Shown piece after piece: positions 48,017-57,738 of a stretch of DNA of 64,000 nucleotides. Each line of letters opens with the position of its first letter. Position 1 is the stretch's first letter. The notes below the pieces were generated by a model. It was not told the DNA's origin. It saw nothing but the letters and a program-made list of their open reading frames with translations, and searched no databases. Made by a program: the position numbers and the translations under genes. The stretch comes from Candidatus Nanohaloarchaea archaeon (GTDB lineage: Archaea > Nanohalarchaeota > Nanosalinia > Nanosalinales > Nanosalinaceae), in contig JBDGRK010000005.1 in assembly GCA_042218075.1 (NCBI GenBank), forward strand, positions 87,693-151,692, in the 5' to 3' direction.

Positions 48017-51000
48017 TCAGGCTGTGAACTGTTTCAGTCCGCTCTGCCTGTCCTGCTTTCCAAATAGACTTTTCAGCGTCTTGTTAAGAATTAAAATCTG
48101 TTGCCGGACATATGGCGATATCTCATAGCTTTCGATAATATCCTTACTGGGCTGCATGTACTTCTTTATGGTTCCCTCAGAGATGGTAAGCAAAACAGAG
48201 CCGCCGCACTCAGGGCACTCCGCTGTAGTCTTTCCTGTAGGTGCTATCGTCTGATTTGTCAAGGGAACTCTCCTGAACTTCTCGTTGCAATCAACACACC
48301 GCATCTCCTGGGAGGAAAAAGACCTCAAATTACCCTTGATATCGGGTATGAAGTGCTTGTTAAGCAGAAGTTCCGCGACCTTGTTCTCATCAACTGCCTT
48401 GAGTTTTTCGCCCAGGCCTAGCTGGGCTGAAGTTTTCTCACTCATTTCATCCAGGGTAACGTACTCGCTCTGCACTGGAGCATTTTCCACAGTCTCGGTA
48501 TCGTGAGTGTAGGAGTGCCTGAAAGGATTATCCGAGTGGACTATATCTTCCCCGATCTCAATATCTGTATTGAGCTCCCAGGGTTTCCTGTATTCCTGCG
48601 TTTCCTCGTAGAATTCTACCGGATACTCCTCAACTGTCTCAATCATCCATGCCTCGTCATCGATTTCATCAGCGTTCAGAACAGTTGAGAGGATTAGCGG
48701 CGCATCCATGGTATTGTGCGCGAAGATTGGATGAGGTCCACAAAGGAAGTTCTGTTTCCCGGGGACTTCCAGGTCGTAAACGTAATCATCACCATAATCT
48801 ACCTTCTCAATCTCCACCACTCTCTCCACAGAAATCTCCCCCTGTACCACATTTTCCAGCTCCTCAACCCCCTCTTCGTGGAGTCTCTTTACTCTTCCTT
48901 TCGAGGCTGTTTTCATCCTCTGGTTCTTCCTGTCGTTCGAGAGATAAGTTTTCCTTTCCTCGTAGGAATATCCTTGCTTCTTGAGAGAGGACCGGACCTC
49001 GTCTCTGAGTTCCCAGAGAGGCCAGTAAGGATCTTTATCATTCCATTCAGAATACAGTATCTCCCAGGTGTCTCCGGCTTTTCGGGTTGAGGACTTGTAA
49101 CCCAGTTTCCTGAGCAGTAAGGATAGCTGTGAGGCCATTTCGCCGCTCTTCGTGTAAAGTTTGGAAAAACCTTTATCCTCGTAGACTGAACCATCTCCAC
49201 TTCTGTAGGCTTCTATGAATGCTTCCAGTCTATCTGTGGCGGCACCAAACACAAATGAAGGGATCTTTTTGTCATCAAAGCTATTTCTTTCAAGCCCAAG
49301 CTCCTCAAGCGCTCTCATCAGAGTTGCAGGAGTATCAACCCAGTAACAAGTCTTTCTTTCTTCCCTCTCATCCTCGTGAGTCGGAGGTTCTACCCCGGTC
49401 AAATCTTCAATACAGTACTGGATCTCCTCAATTATCTCAGGATCAGAATTGTATATCCTGCCTCTCTGAAGATCTCCCTCCGAAAGCAGGTAGCCAAGCA
49501 GTCTGTAAAGTTCCCTGGAGTTATCGATAAATCTTTCAATCGGTTCAGTATTTGCCCTCAGTCTTACCTTGCAGGACGGCACCACCCCCACCTCCCTGTA
49601 AAACTCCAGTGGTGCATCTCTTTTTCCTTTCCTATACCGGTAGATATTATTCGTGCCGTAACATCTCCTCAACTCCTCAGTCTCCCTCTCTTTTATCTCA
49701 GGTCCAATTTCCTTAAGTTCTTCCTCTGGCACTTTGACGTAGCACTCACTGTCTGGCAGCAGTTCAAAAAGATCAACTTTTTCTTCCAGACCATCTGCTT
49801 CAATCTCTGTGTTGGATGGCACAATCACGCACTCTCCCTCCTTAAGCTGCCTTACAGGCTTTGCCTCAATTTCATCTCCGCGGGTTACGAATACGCTGTG
49901 ATCCCCGGTGACAGAAATCTCTCCCCTGCTGGTCTTTACCGTGAAAACATTCCCATCATTCTCGTGCCTGATCAGGGCTGAAACATCCTGGAACTCTACT
50001 TCTCCACTTTCATCAAAAGTTACAGTCTCTATTTCATCCTCAAATTCTCTCGATACTTCAAAACCATCATCCCTGACCTCATAGCCTTCCTGCATTATCG
50101 AGTCCACAAGCTCGTCAGCTCTCGGAGCCTCCATTTCACCGTTCCTCCTGACCACTATCCTAGTATCTTTTGTAACTGACCTTGCACCTGTCATATCAGG
50201 CAGGAAATCGCGTGAAAAATTGAGTAAGCCATCCATGAGCAGAAGTATAGCGTCCTCGTCACCGTCACAGTTGTTTGTTATCAAACTGTTTCCTATAACA
50301 AAATTGTGGGTTTCTGTAACCTCTAGATCGTACATAAACCTCTCATCAGCTTCTTCAATTTCTTTACTCTCAACCGGATCATACAAAATTTCGTTTTCAG
50401 TCTCGATTCTCGGCTCCCCCACCATTTCATAATCCTGTTCCAGTACTTCCTGCTTTCTTTCAATTGCAAAACCTATCTTCTTACCGAATCTAACAGCGTG
50501 AGAAGATCTGATATGGAGTTTGTGACTTACAAAAGTCTCTCCTTCGTATCTTTCACCATATTTCTCAAGCAGTACGCCGCCTGGTTCTCTCTCATACTTT
50601 GAATACCTTGCAAATATACCAAACCTCTTCAAGAGGAAATCTATATCCCTGAGAAGAGCCCTCGATACAGAGGTGGCATTTACATGAAGCTTACCTTTCT
50701 CTACCGAACCATCACCTGCGAAGTAGGCTGAAACAAGATGCTTGACTTTCTCAGTTGGAAGAGACTTCACAAACTCCGGAACCTTTTTTGAATGAGCTCC
50801 ATCTCCAGCATTAATTTCCTGGAAAAACTCGTAGACTATCCTTGAACTGACAGTCAGGACGTGATCGCCGTTTGAAGGCTCAACATCAAAAACTTGCCTG
50901 ATCGCATTTTCAATCCTCTGCTTAAGCTCTTTCTCCCCGAACGCAAAGCATACCTGATAAAACTCTTCACCTTTCTTCTCAGACTTTCTTGTATAACCTT

Positions 51001-54000
51001 CTGCCAGGTAGAACCCTATAAGCTCCATCAGAGAATTATTTACTTTTACACAGTTCTTAAGTTCTACTGTATCTCTCTTGGCGGCGATCCTGGCCTCTTT
51101 ACCGATATCGTAACCTTTTGCTGTCAGATCACTCAATTTATCAAATATATCTACCGGTAAACTATCCGTGTACCTGTAATTGCCCAGAGTTTTCTTGCTG
51201 ATTCCAAGTTTATCGGAAGCCTGCTTCAGCCCTCCGAGTTCAGAAAGCATCATATCGAAATCCTCTACATTGCCTCGAACTACCAGATCAGGGATATCCA
51301 GGAATTCAGTAAGTTTCAACCCCTGCATATCCTCAACTTCAACAGACAATTCAACCGGCTGCAACAGCTTATCGCCTTCTTCAACAGATCTGGCTTTTTT
51401 TATACCTTCAGAAGTCCTCAGTCTGTGGTCGGGAAAAACCTCAATTCTACGCCCTGATTCTGTCGTAAAAATTAGCTTGAACTCTTGAGCGGGAGCTCTA
51501 TAGACTTTAGCAAGATTCTTACCTTCAATTTCTCCTTCTTTTTCGGACAATACCTCAAGGTCTATCTCCCTCTCGACCGTGCCCATGAAATCGGCTTCCC
51601 TTCCCTCCTCCGCATCATCAAAAATTTTTCTCAGCTCCTTACTGGATCCATCAGCAAGCCTGACCTCCTCATCGCCTGGAAGACAGTTCCTCCTCTTTGC
51701 TGCGTGCCAGTATGGGTGAGAGTAGATGCCCTTGGCCTCTGTAAAGCCTATTATCCTTCCAACAGTACCTCCTGAAGTGTGAGGAGCCAGACCTATGACC
51801 AGCTTGCCTATCAGATCACGTTTTTCTTCCACACTGTAGTAGGGCTCAAGCCCGTAGAAATCCTCCAGAAGTTCATCTATGAAGTTGGCGACCCTGACAA
51901 GATACTCTGATGCTGGAAGTGTCTTCTGTGTGTCGGGGATCACAATGTCCTGAGGTTTCATTTGGAGGACCTGATCTTCCGATTCGAGAGGCTCACCCTC
52001 AACATCCTGCCTGTAGCCCAGCTCTTTCAGCTTTTCTACCGAAACTCCGATCTCCGCGGGCTTGAAATGTGTCATCGGTAAATCTGTTGCATCATACCTT
52101 ACAGTACCATCCTTGTTGACGTATAGATCGTGCTTCTGTCTCAGTAAGCCTTTTTCGATGGGTTCTACATGCTTGTGCTTTCCGCTCATGGCCCTGACAG
52201 ACTTGAGAAGTTCCGGCATCTCACCTATCGCCAGGTTTTCCATTGCAACATCGCAAAGCTCCTGAACATCTATATCCGTCCATCTGTACCTTTCAATTCT
52301 CTCCTCGCCGCAATTACCGCATTTTTCAGCTTCCTCGAGATACTCTTCACCGCAGTTCATGCAGAACCATAAAGGCTCGGCCGAAGAACCGCATTCCTGA
52401 CAGTAGGAAAAGTAACTGTAGGATTCGCAGTCGGGGCATTTGTTATGTATTATGGCTTCGTTGATCTCCCCTCTCTGGTATGATGCTGAAAGATTTCTCA
52501 TCCTTCCTCCCTCATCTTTTCCACAAGGAAACAGCAGCTGTGGCTTGCCCTTTATCGTTCTTCTCTCTGCCTTCTCAGGCCTTCCCATTCTCGCACCTAT
52601 ATAATGCGGTGCCTGCTCTCTGACTTCTATGCCTGAGACTTTGTCGATGAATCCGGGTATTTCAGAGGAATCATCTATCGAGTTGAGCTCCGAAGAATTA
52701 TCTTCCTCCGGTTTCAAAAGTCTTTCAAGCACCTTTCTGTCCTGCTCACCGATCTTTAACTCACCTTGTTCCTGACAGTGCTCTATCAGAACATCTTCCA
52801 GTGCCTTCCTCGTCTTCTCACCTTCCAGAGAGCCTTCGTCCAGCGACTGGTAAAGTGCCCTGAATCTTTCTACAGTAGTTTCACGCCAATGGTATGTCCA
52901 TTCAGGATGCAGGGGTATATCCAGGGTTTCCGATATCTTGAAGGCCTCCTCGGGCGTCGGTGAGCGATCTGAGAAATCCCTACCCAGCTTCACCTCATTT
53001 TTCTCAAGCGCTCTTTCAAGTTCTTTCTCCCACCATTCATCCACATAGGGTGAAGGCAGAAGCTTCTTGCCGTTCTCCACGAATTCCCCGTAAGTCACGA
53101 GCATATCTCCCAGGAAAAGTATTTCATCTACCCTATCCTCAACTTTCCTGGCTTCCTGCCTGCTCTCGATTCTCCTCACCTCTCCGTTTTCCAGTCTCAC
53201 TACAGGTGGATGAATACTGTCACAACATGTCGCTACGGTAGCCTTGCCCGGGTACTCCAGTTTTAACTGGGTGCCGATCGCTATGAACCTCTCCGTGATC
53301 TCCATGGTCGCGGGATGGAAAGAAACAGCTGCCAGTCCGTTAGTCCTTGAATGGCCGTACCTCAACCTGAAACCTCCCTTCTTCCCGGGATGGGAGAAGA
53401 CAGGTCTACCGGCCGTCAGCGAGTCAAGGTACTTGTCAGAAGCCTTGTACTCCGATGAGGAGTTATCCTCTTCTTCGCTTGAATGTATTTCTTCCTGTAA
53501 TTCCAGATAATCCTCTATCCACATCCAGTGTTCCAGCCCAAAATCTTCTCCCCAGCTCTCTATTCTCTTCTTGATCTTTGAAGCCTTGAGCGGGAGACCA
53601 TCAAGATAAACAAGGCACATCCCGCTCCTGATCCTGTTTGTCTCCACCCGATCCAGATCCTTGTGGTTTGATACGTCAAGCTGCTCGGTCGGCGACCCTG
53701 TGACTTCCACCGGAACGTTTTCTGCGATCATCTCTGTTTCCTCCCTCTCAGGGTTATACTGTTTGGCAGTCACCCTGTTATAGTAGTCCTCCACCTCTGT
53801 CGAATAACGCTTGATCACATTTTCAGAAGCTTTGAACCTTACCAGGCCGACTTTCTTCCTGACGTAATCCGCAAGAAGAACGCTCATAGCGGACGCTGTT
53901 CCCCCAGCCGATCTTATCGGGCCGGAGTAGTACACTGCAAGGTACTCCGAGCCGTCGGAGTTTTGCCTTATCCTGACATCTCCTATTCCCTCGAGAGGAG

Positions 54001-54361
54001 CTGTCGTGATCCCTCCTGTGAGGTATGAGACCCCGACTCTGACTCCGGCCTCACACGCCCTTTCTTTTTCGTCAAACTCGTGAAAATCCCCCTCTGCTAT
54101 CTCCCCGGCTATCGAGAAGGCGACCCTCTCATCATTCTTGCCGTATTCATTCTCCAGACCTCTAATCCTCTTGGCAACCCCCTGATCTTCCAGCTCCGGA
54201 AATTTTGCCGCGATCACCAGAGATGAGGCCTTCTCAGCCAGATCAGTTGCGATAGGAATATCGACCCTCTCCTCCGGATCTTTTGACTGGGATCTCGCTT
54301 CCTCAGCTACTTCGTAAGCCCTACCTGTCTTCTGCTCCAGCCTCTCAAAGTATTCATCCAT
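48017..54361 (-). CDS. polC: DNA polymerase D large subunit DP2, with two inteins
   Basis: GPIRSAGGTA, GGFRLRYG, GLAPHTS, HAAKRRN|CDGDED, MDAPL, C-terminal PIP box; 1153 aa after intein removal. Confidence 0.97.
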   Translation of the reverse strand: MDEYFERLEQKTGRAYEVAEEARSQSKDPEERVDIPIATDLAEKASSLVIAAKFPELEDQGVAKRIRGLENEYGKNDERVAFSIAGEIAEGDFHEFDEKERACEAGVRVGVSYLTGGITTAPLEGIGDVRIRQNSDGSEYLAVYYSGPIRSAGGTASAMSVLLADYVRKKVGLVRFKASENVIKRYSTEVEDYYNRVTAKQYNPEREETEMIAENVPVEVTGSPTEQLDVSNHKDLDRVETNRIRSGMCLVYLDGLPLKASKIKKRIESWGEDFGLEHWMWIEDYLELQEEIHSSEEEDNSSSEYKASDKYLDSLTAGRPVFSHPGKKGGFRLRYGHSRTNGLAAVSFHPATMEITERFIAIGTQLKLEYPGKATVATCCDSIHPPVVRLENGEVRRIESRQEARKVEDRVDEILFLGDMLVTYGEFVENGKKLLPSPYVDEWWEKELERALEKNEVKLGRDFSDRSPTPEEAFKISETLDIPLHPEWTYHWRETTVERFRALYQSLDEGSLEGEKTRKALEDVLIEHCQEQGELKIGEQDRKVLERLLKPEEDNSSELNSIDDSSEIPGFIDKVSGIEVREQAPHYIGARMGRPEKAERRTIKGKPQLLFPCGKDEGGRMRNLSASYQRGEINEAIIHNKCPDCESYSYFSYCQECGSSAEPLWFCMNCGEEYLEEAEKCGNCGEERIERYRWTDIDVQELCDVAMENLAIGEMPELLKSVRAMSGKHKHVEPIEKGLLRQKHDLYVNKDGTVRYDATDLPMTHFKPAEIGVSVEKLKELGYRQDVEGEPLESEDQVLQMKPQDIVIPDTQKTLPASEYLVRVANFIDELLEDFYGLEPYYSVEEKRDLIGKLVIGLAPHTSGGTVGRIIGFTEAKGIYSHPYWHAAKRRNCLPGDEEVRLADGSSKELRKIFDDAEEGREADFMGTVEREIDLEVLSEKEGEIEGKNLAKVYRAPAQEFKLIFTTESGRRIEVFPDHRLRTSEGIKKARSVEEGDKLLQPVELSVEVEDMQGLKLTEFLDIPDLVVRGNVEDFDMMLSELGGLKQASDKLGISKKTLGNYRYTDSLPVDIFDKLSDLTAKGYDIGKEARIAAKRDTVELKNCVKVNNSLMELIGFYLAEGYTRKSEKKGEEFYQVCFAFGEKELKQRIENAIRQVFDVEPSNGDHVLTVSSRIVYEFFQEINAGDGAHSKKVPEFVKSLPTEKVKHLVSAYFAGDGSVEKGKLHVNATSVSRALLRDIDFLLKRFGIFARYSKYEREPGGVLLEKYGERYEGETFVSHKLHIRSSHAVRFGKKIGFAIERKQEVLEQDYEMVGEPRIETENEILYDPVESKEIEEADERFMYDLEVTETHNFVIGNSLITNNCDGDEDAILLLMDGLLNFSRDFLPDMTGARSVTKDTRIVVRRNGEMEAPRADELVDSIMQEGYEVRDDGFEVSREFEDEIETVTFDESGEVEFQDVSALIRHENDGNVFTVKTSRGEISVTGDHSVFVTRGDEIEAKPVRQLKEGECVIVPSNTEIEADGLEEKVDLFELLPDSECYVKVPEEELKEIGPEIKERETEELRRCYGTNNIYRYRKGKRDAPLEFYREVGVVPSCKVRLRANTEPIERFIDNSRELYRLLGYLLSEGDLQRGRIYNSDPEIIEEIQYCIEDLTGVEPPTHEDEREERKTCYWVDTPATLMRALEELGLERNSFDDKKIPSFVFGAATDRLEAFIEAYRSGDGSVYEDKGFSKLYTKSGEMASQLSLLLRKLGYKSSTRKAGDTWEILYSEWNDKDPYWPLWELRDEVRSSLKKQGYSYEERKTYLSNDRKNQRMKTASKGRVKRLHEEGVEELENVVQGEISVERVVEIEKVDYGDDYVYDLEVPGKQNFLCGPHPIFAHNTMDAPLILSTVLNADEIDDEAWMIETVEEYPVEFYEETQEYRKPWELNTDIEIGEDIVHSDNPFRHSYTHDTETVENAPVQSEYVTLDEMSEKTSAQLGLGEKLKAVDENKVAELLLNKHFIPDIKGNLRSFSSQEMRCVDCNEKFRRVPLTNQTIAPTGKTTAECPECGGSVLLTISEGTIKKYMQPSKDIIESYEISPYVRQQILILNKTLKSLFGKQDRQSGLKQFTA
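48713..50179 (-). mobile_element. Intein 2 in DP2 (489 aa, LAGLIDADG endonuclease)
   Basis: GAR|SVTKD...VTGDHS...LLGYLLSEG...AYRSGDG...VYDLEV...FAHN|TMDAPL. Confidence 0.92.
50270..51685 (-). mobile_element. Intein 1 in DP2 (472 aa, LAGLIDADG endonuclease)
   Basis: KRRN|CLPGD...VFPDHR...LIGFYLAEG...AYFAGDG...MYDLEV...ITNN|CDGDED. Confidence 0.93.
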
Positions 54362-54368
54362 CCTACCA

Positions 54369-55865
54369 CTAGAAGAACTTCTTTACACGGGTGTTCCGGT
54401 TTTTAAAGTTCACAAGAGTTACCTTCCCTGGATCCGGCTGATGCCCCATCCTTTTCTGGAATGAGGTCTGCTCCTGGAAACTTGATGAGTTTATAACAGT
54501 GACTCCCTTGTAACTCTCGCAGGCGTGAGAGTGGAAGTGGCCTGAAACAAAAACGTCTGGCTTTTCGGTGATCGCGAGGTGATCCTCTCCCTCGGGAGAA
54601 AGCTGGTTTGAACCATAGGTAGGTGCAAGATGCCTTCTCTTCAGCAGGTCGATCATTACATGGTGTGGTTCATTGTAAGATTTCTCCCTGAGATCCTGGA
54701 TCATGTCGACGTGTTCATCGAAGCTGAACCCGTGGTACATCAGGTTCTTTACACCCTTGCTCCTAATGGCGTGAAGCCTTACCATCTGGGGGTTCTGGAC
54801 AAGATGAACATTTCTGTATTCCGATACTTCCGGAAGTGCCTTGCCAGGTAATCTTGGCTGTGGCTCCGCAAGCCGGGTAATGTCGTGGTTGCCTGGACCA
54901 ACAACTATCTGTATGTCTTCAGGCACTTCTTCCACCCATTCCTCGAACCTCTGGTACTGGCTGTATATGTCATTCACCTCCAGCTCCTCGTCCTGGTCAG
55001 GGTAAACTCCAACCCCTTCAACGAGATCCCCCGCTACAACCACGTAACCTACATCTGAGGCGTCGTCCGACTTCAGCCACTCCGCGAACTCCATGAACTT
55101 ATCCCTCCTCGTATCCTTCGACCCTAGATGGAGGTCCGAAATATAGGCAGCCTCTACCTCCTCCGAGGTGGTCCTTACACCGTCAGGGATCGGGAGATCC
55201 GGCCTCACTACCGAATCCGCGTAAATGATATCCCCACCCATCCGACCAATAACTCCAATAACCTCGTCAGGCACTATTCTCTCTCCCTCCCTCTCATCAA
55301 CAAGTGCCTTGAAAGTGGCTGTCCTATCCTCAAGCTCAACAATCCATTTTCCAGAGTTTGTAGAGTATTTATCATTTACAAAACCGAGTGCAGTGGCCTC
55401 ATCCCCCTCACTTCTTTTCTCAAGACGTTTCAAGGTTGTGGCGGACTGCATCTCCTTTCTTCTCATCAGTAGCTTCTTCATCTTCTCGTAGCGATCATTA
55501 TAATACTGCAGAAATTCCGGCACATCCTTCTCATCCCTGGAAATATCCTTATCATCAATAATCTCGACCTTGGTCTCAAGATCCCTCCGGTTCCTGTCGT
55601 CTAGTATCTCGACCTTTTCTGCCTCTTCTTCAACTCCAGGATCATTCTTTACACCTTTATTCTGTCCACATCTAGAATCTTCATCTATCTCACTTTTCCC
55701 ATCAATAGAAGACCTTAACTCGGAAAGCATCTCTCCTGATATATACATAGGAACCGTATCAAGATTTCTTATCGCCTCTATATCGTCATCCGTAAGCCTC
55801 TCAGCAGCCTCTTTCTCCACTATACATCCTTCCTTCGTGAGTTTCCTCACCGCCTGTCTATTCAT
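54369..55865 (-). CDS. DNA polymerase D small subunit DP1
   Basis: SDLHLGS, AGDLVEGVGVYP, GNHD, YHG, RRHLAP, GHFH. Confidence 0.95.
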   Translation of the reverse strand: MNRQAVRKLTKEGCIVEKEAAERLTDDDIEAIRNLDTVPMYISGEMLSELRSSIDGKSEIDEDSRCGQNKGVKNDPGVEEEAEKVEILDDRNRRDLETKVEIIDDKDISRDEKDVPEFLQYYNDRYEKMKKLLMRRKEMQSATTLKRLEKRSEGDEATALGFVNDKYSTNSGKWIVELEDRTATFKALVDEREGERIVPDEVIGVIGRMGGDIIYADSVVRPDLPIPDGVRTTSEEVEAAYISDLHLGSKDTRRDKFMEFAEWLKSDDASDVGYVVVAGDLVEGVGVYPDQDEELEVNDIYSQYQRFEEWVEEVPEDIQIVVGPGNHDITRLAEPQPRLPGKALPEVSEYRNVHLVQNPQMVRLHAIRSKGVKNLMYHGFSFDEHVDMIQDLREKSYNEPHHVMIDLLKRRHLAPTYGSNQLSPEGEDHLAITEKPDVFVSGHFHSHACESYKGVTVINSSSFQEQTSFQKRMGHQPDPGKVTLVNFKNRNTRVKKFF

Positions 55866-55883
55866 TCATCCCCCTCTTCCCCC

Positions 55884-57089
55884 TCAGATATAGAATTTTT
55901 CTTCCACGAGCTCACGTATCTGCTTCCGGATGTTTTCAGACAGATCCACGCTTATCTGCCTGGTTCTCCCGTACCTCCCCTTCGATATCACCTTTGCGTT
56001 TATAACACCCAGCATGTCAAGCTCCGATATCAACCCAGATACGCGCCTCTGGGTAAGCTCCGATACCTCCACCTCGGAACAGAGCTGCTTGTACTCTGAG
56101 TAAACGTCTCCAGTGGCGATCTCATCCTCGTCATCTGTCATTTCGAGAATGGTGTAGAGAACCAGCTTGGAATGCTTGGGCTGAGATCTTACAGTCTCCA
56201 CGATCCTGTCGCGCTCAATCTTGTCCTGGGCCTGGTCCACATGCTTCTTCAGTACCTGCTCCGCTGATGATCGCTCCGCGAGCTCCCCAGCAACCCTGAT
56301 AAGATCCAGTGCTCTCCTCGCGTCTCCGTGCTCCTGGGCGGCGAGCGCCGAACATTTGGATATCACCCCCTCTCTCAGAACTTGCTCCCTGAAGCCTTCA
56401 TCCGCCCGATCTTCAAGTATTTCCTTTAGCTCAATTGCATTATAGGGCGGGAAGATAATCTCTTCCTCCGATAGAGAGGATTTTACCCTTGAATCCATGT
56501 ATTCCGTGAAGTTCAGGTCGTTCGATATGCCGACTATCGAAACTTTGGTCTGACTCAGATCATCGTTTATCCTCGTAAGGTTGTAGAGAAACTCATCACC
56601 TACCTTCTTTACAAGCGCATCAATTTCATCCAGGGCTATTATTACAACACCTTTCTGCTCCTGGAGTGCCTCAAAGAATCGATTATAGACTTCATCGGTG
56701 GGAAGTCCGGTGCTCGGTACTTCATCTCCCAGCTGTTCCGCCAGCTTGGCCAGCAAACGGTACTCGGTGTCCGCGACCTTTTTCATCTTGCAGTTGATAT
56801 AAACAATCTCGAGTTCCACGTCTTCATCCTCAGCCACTGTCTCTAGCTCTCCTGTCACATGCCTGGTGATCAGGCTCTTGCCTGTACCGACCGAACCGTA
56901 GATAAAAACGTTGCTCGGATCGTCACCCCTCAGAGAAGGAGCCAGTATAGACGCCAGATCGTTTATCTGTTCTTCCCTGTGAAGTATATTCTCTGGAACC
57001 CAGTTGGTGGTAAGCGCATCCTTGTTGGTGAAGAAAGTATCCTTGTCAATATAGCTGGTGAACATGGACTGTAAATTTGCCTGGCTCAC
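55884..57089 (-). CDS. cdc6: Orc1/Cdc6 replication initiator
   Basis: Walker A GSVGTGKS, Walker B LDEID, HGDARRALD, wHTH SKGRYGRT. Confidence 0.97.
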   Translation of the reverse strand: MSQANLQSMFTSYIDKDTFFTNKDALTTNWVPENILHREEQINDLASILAPSLRGDDPSNVFIYGSVGTGKSLITRHVTGELETVAEDEDVELEIVYINCKMKKVADTEYRLLAKLAEQLGDEVPSTGLPTDEVYNRFFEALQEQKGVVIIALDEIDALVKKVGDEFLYNLTRINDDLSQTKVSIVGISNDLNFTEYMDSRVKSSLSEEEIIFPPYNAIELKEILEDRADEGFREQVLREGVISKCSALAAQEHGDARRALDLIRVAGELAERSSAEQVLKKHVDQAQDKIERDRIVETVRSQPKHSKLVLYTILEMTDDEDEIATGDVYSEYKQLCSEVEVSELTQRRVSGLISELDMLGVINAKVISKGRYGRTRQISVDLSENIRKQIRELVEEKFYI

Positions 57090-57135
57090 CTGAAACCTCC
57101 TCCCCCCAATAAATATCTCGATCTCATTCGTATCG

Positions 57136-57640
57136 TTTCCATTCGAAATTAAGGTTTAAAATACTATTCCAAGTGAAGCCAGGGTGAACACTCCCCCCAC
57201 CCCCTGATTTCGGGTGGAGTGATATCAACCATTCATCTACTGATATAACAGTGTTATATTATATGTCATCGTTATATCCGGAACTATGATTCAGATTCAA
57301 TTAAGATTCCAGTTGAAACCAAGGGGTCTGTCTTATTGATGCTTTTTGGTTAACAGAACCTGAAAACAACTGTAGCAGATTATATTTATTTTAGCAGGTT
57401 CAAGTAAAAAATTATGGTTAAAAGCTTTTTAAAGATTTTAAAATTATTAAATAAAATAAAAAAGTTCTTAAAACATATTTCTTAGGTATTTAGATTCGTA
57501 GTGAATTTTTAATTATTTTTCAACATTAAAAAGATTCTCTAACACCCCCTTATTTCAAGTGGAGATGTCTTTGTTTTGTTTTTAGAAAGTGAAAACTGGC
57601 AGCTTAAAAGACATCTTGTGTATTGAACTTCAGTGGAATC
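57136..57640. other. Chromosomal replication origin (oriC) with ORB repeats and an AT-rich DUE
   Basis: ORB-like TTCCAGTTGAAACCAAGGGG (57307-26) and inverted CTCCACTTGAAATAAGGGGG (57545-64) flank an AT-rich tract; further copies at 57136, 57167 and 57192-219; adjacent to cdc6. Confidence 0.88.
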
Positions 57641-57738
57641 AGAAGAAAGAGGTAGAACAGAAAAGTCAATCTCGAGGCTAATCACTATTATAGTTCTCAG
57701 CGTAGGCCAGTTGATTTACACTTTATTTAGAGCGGTAT

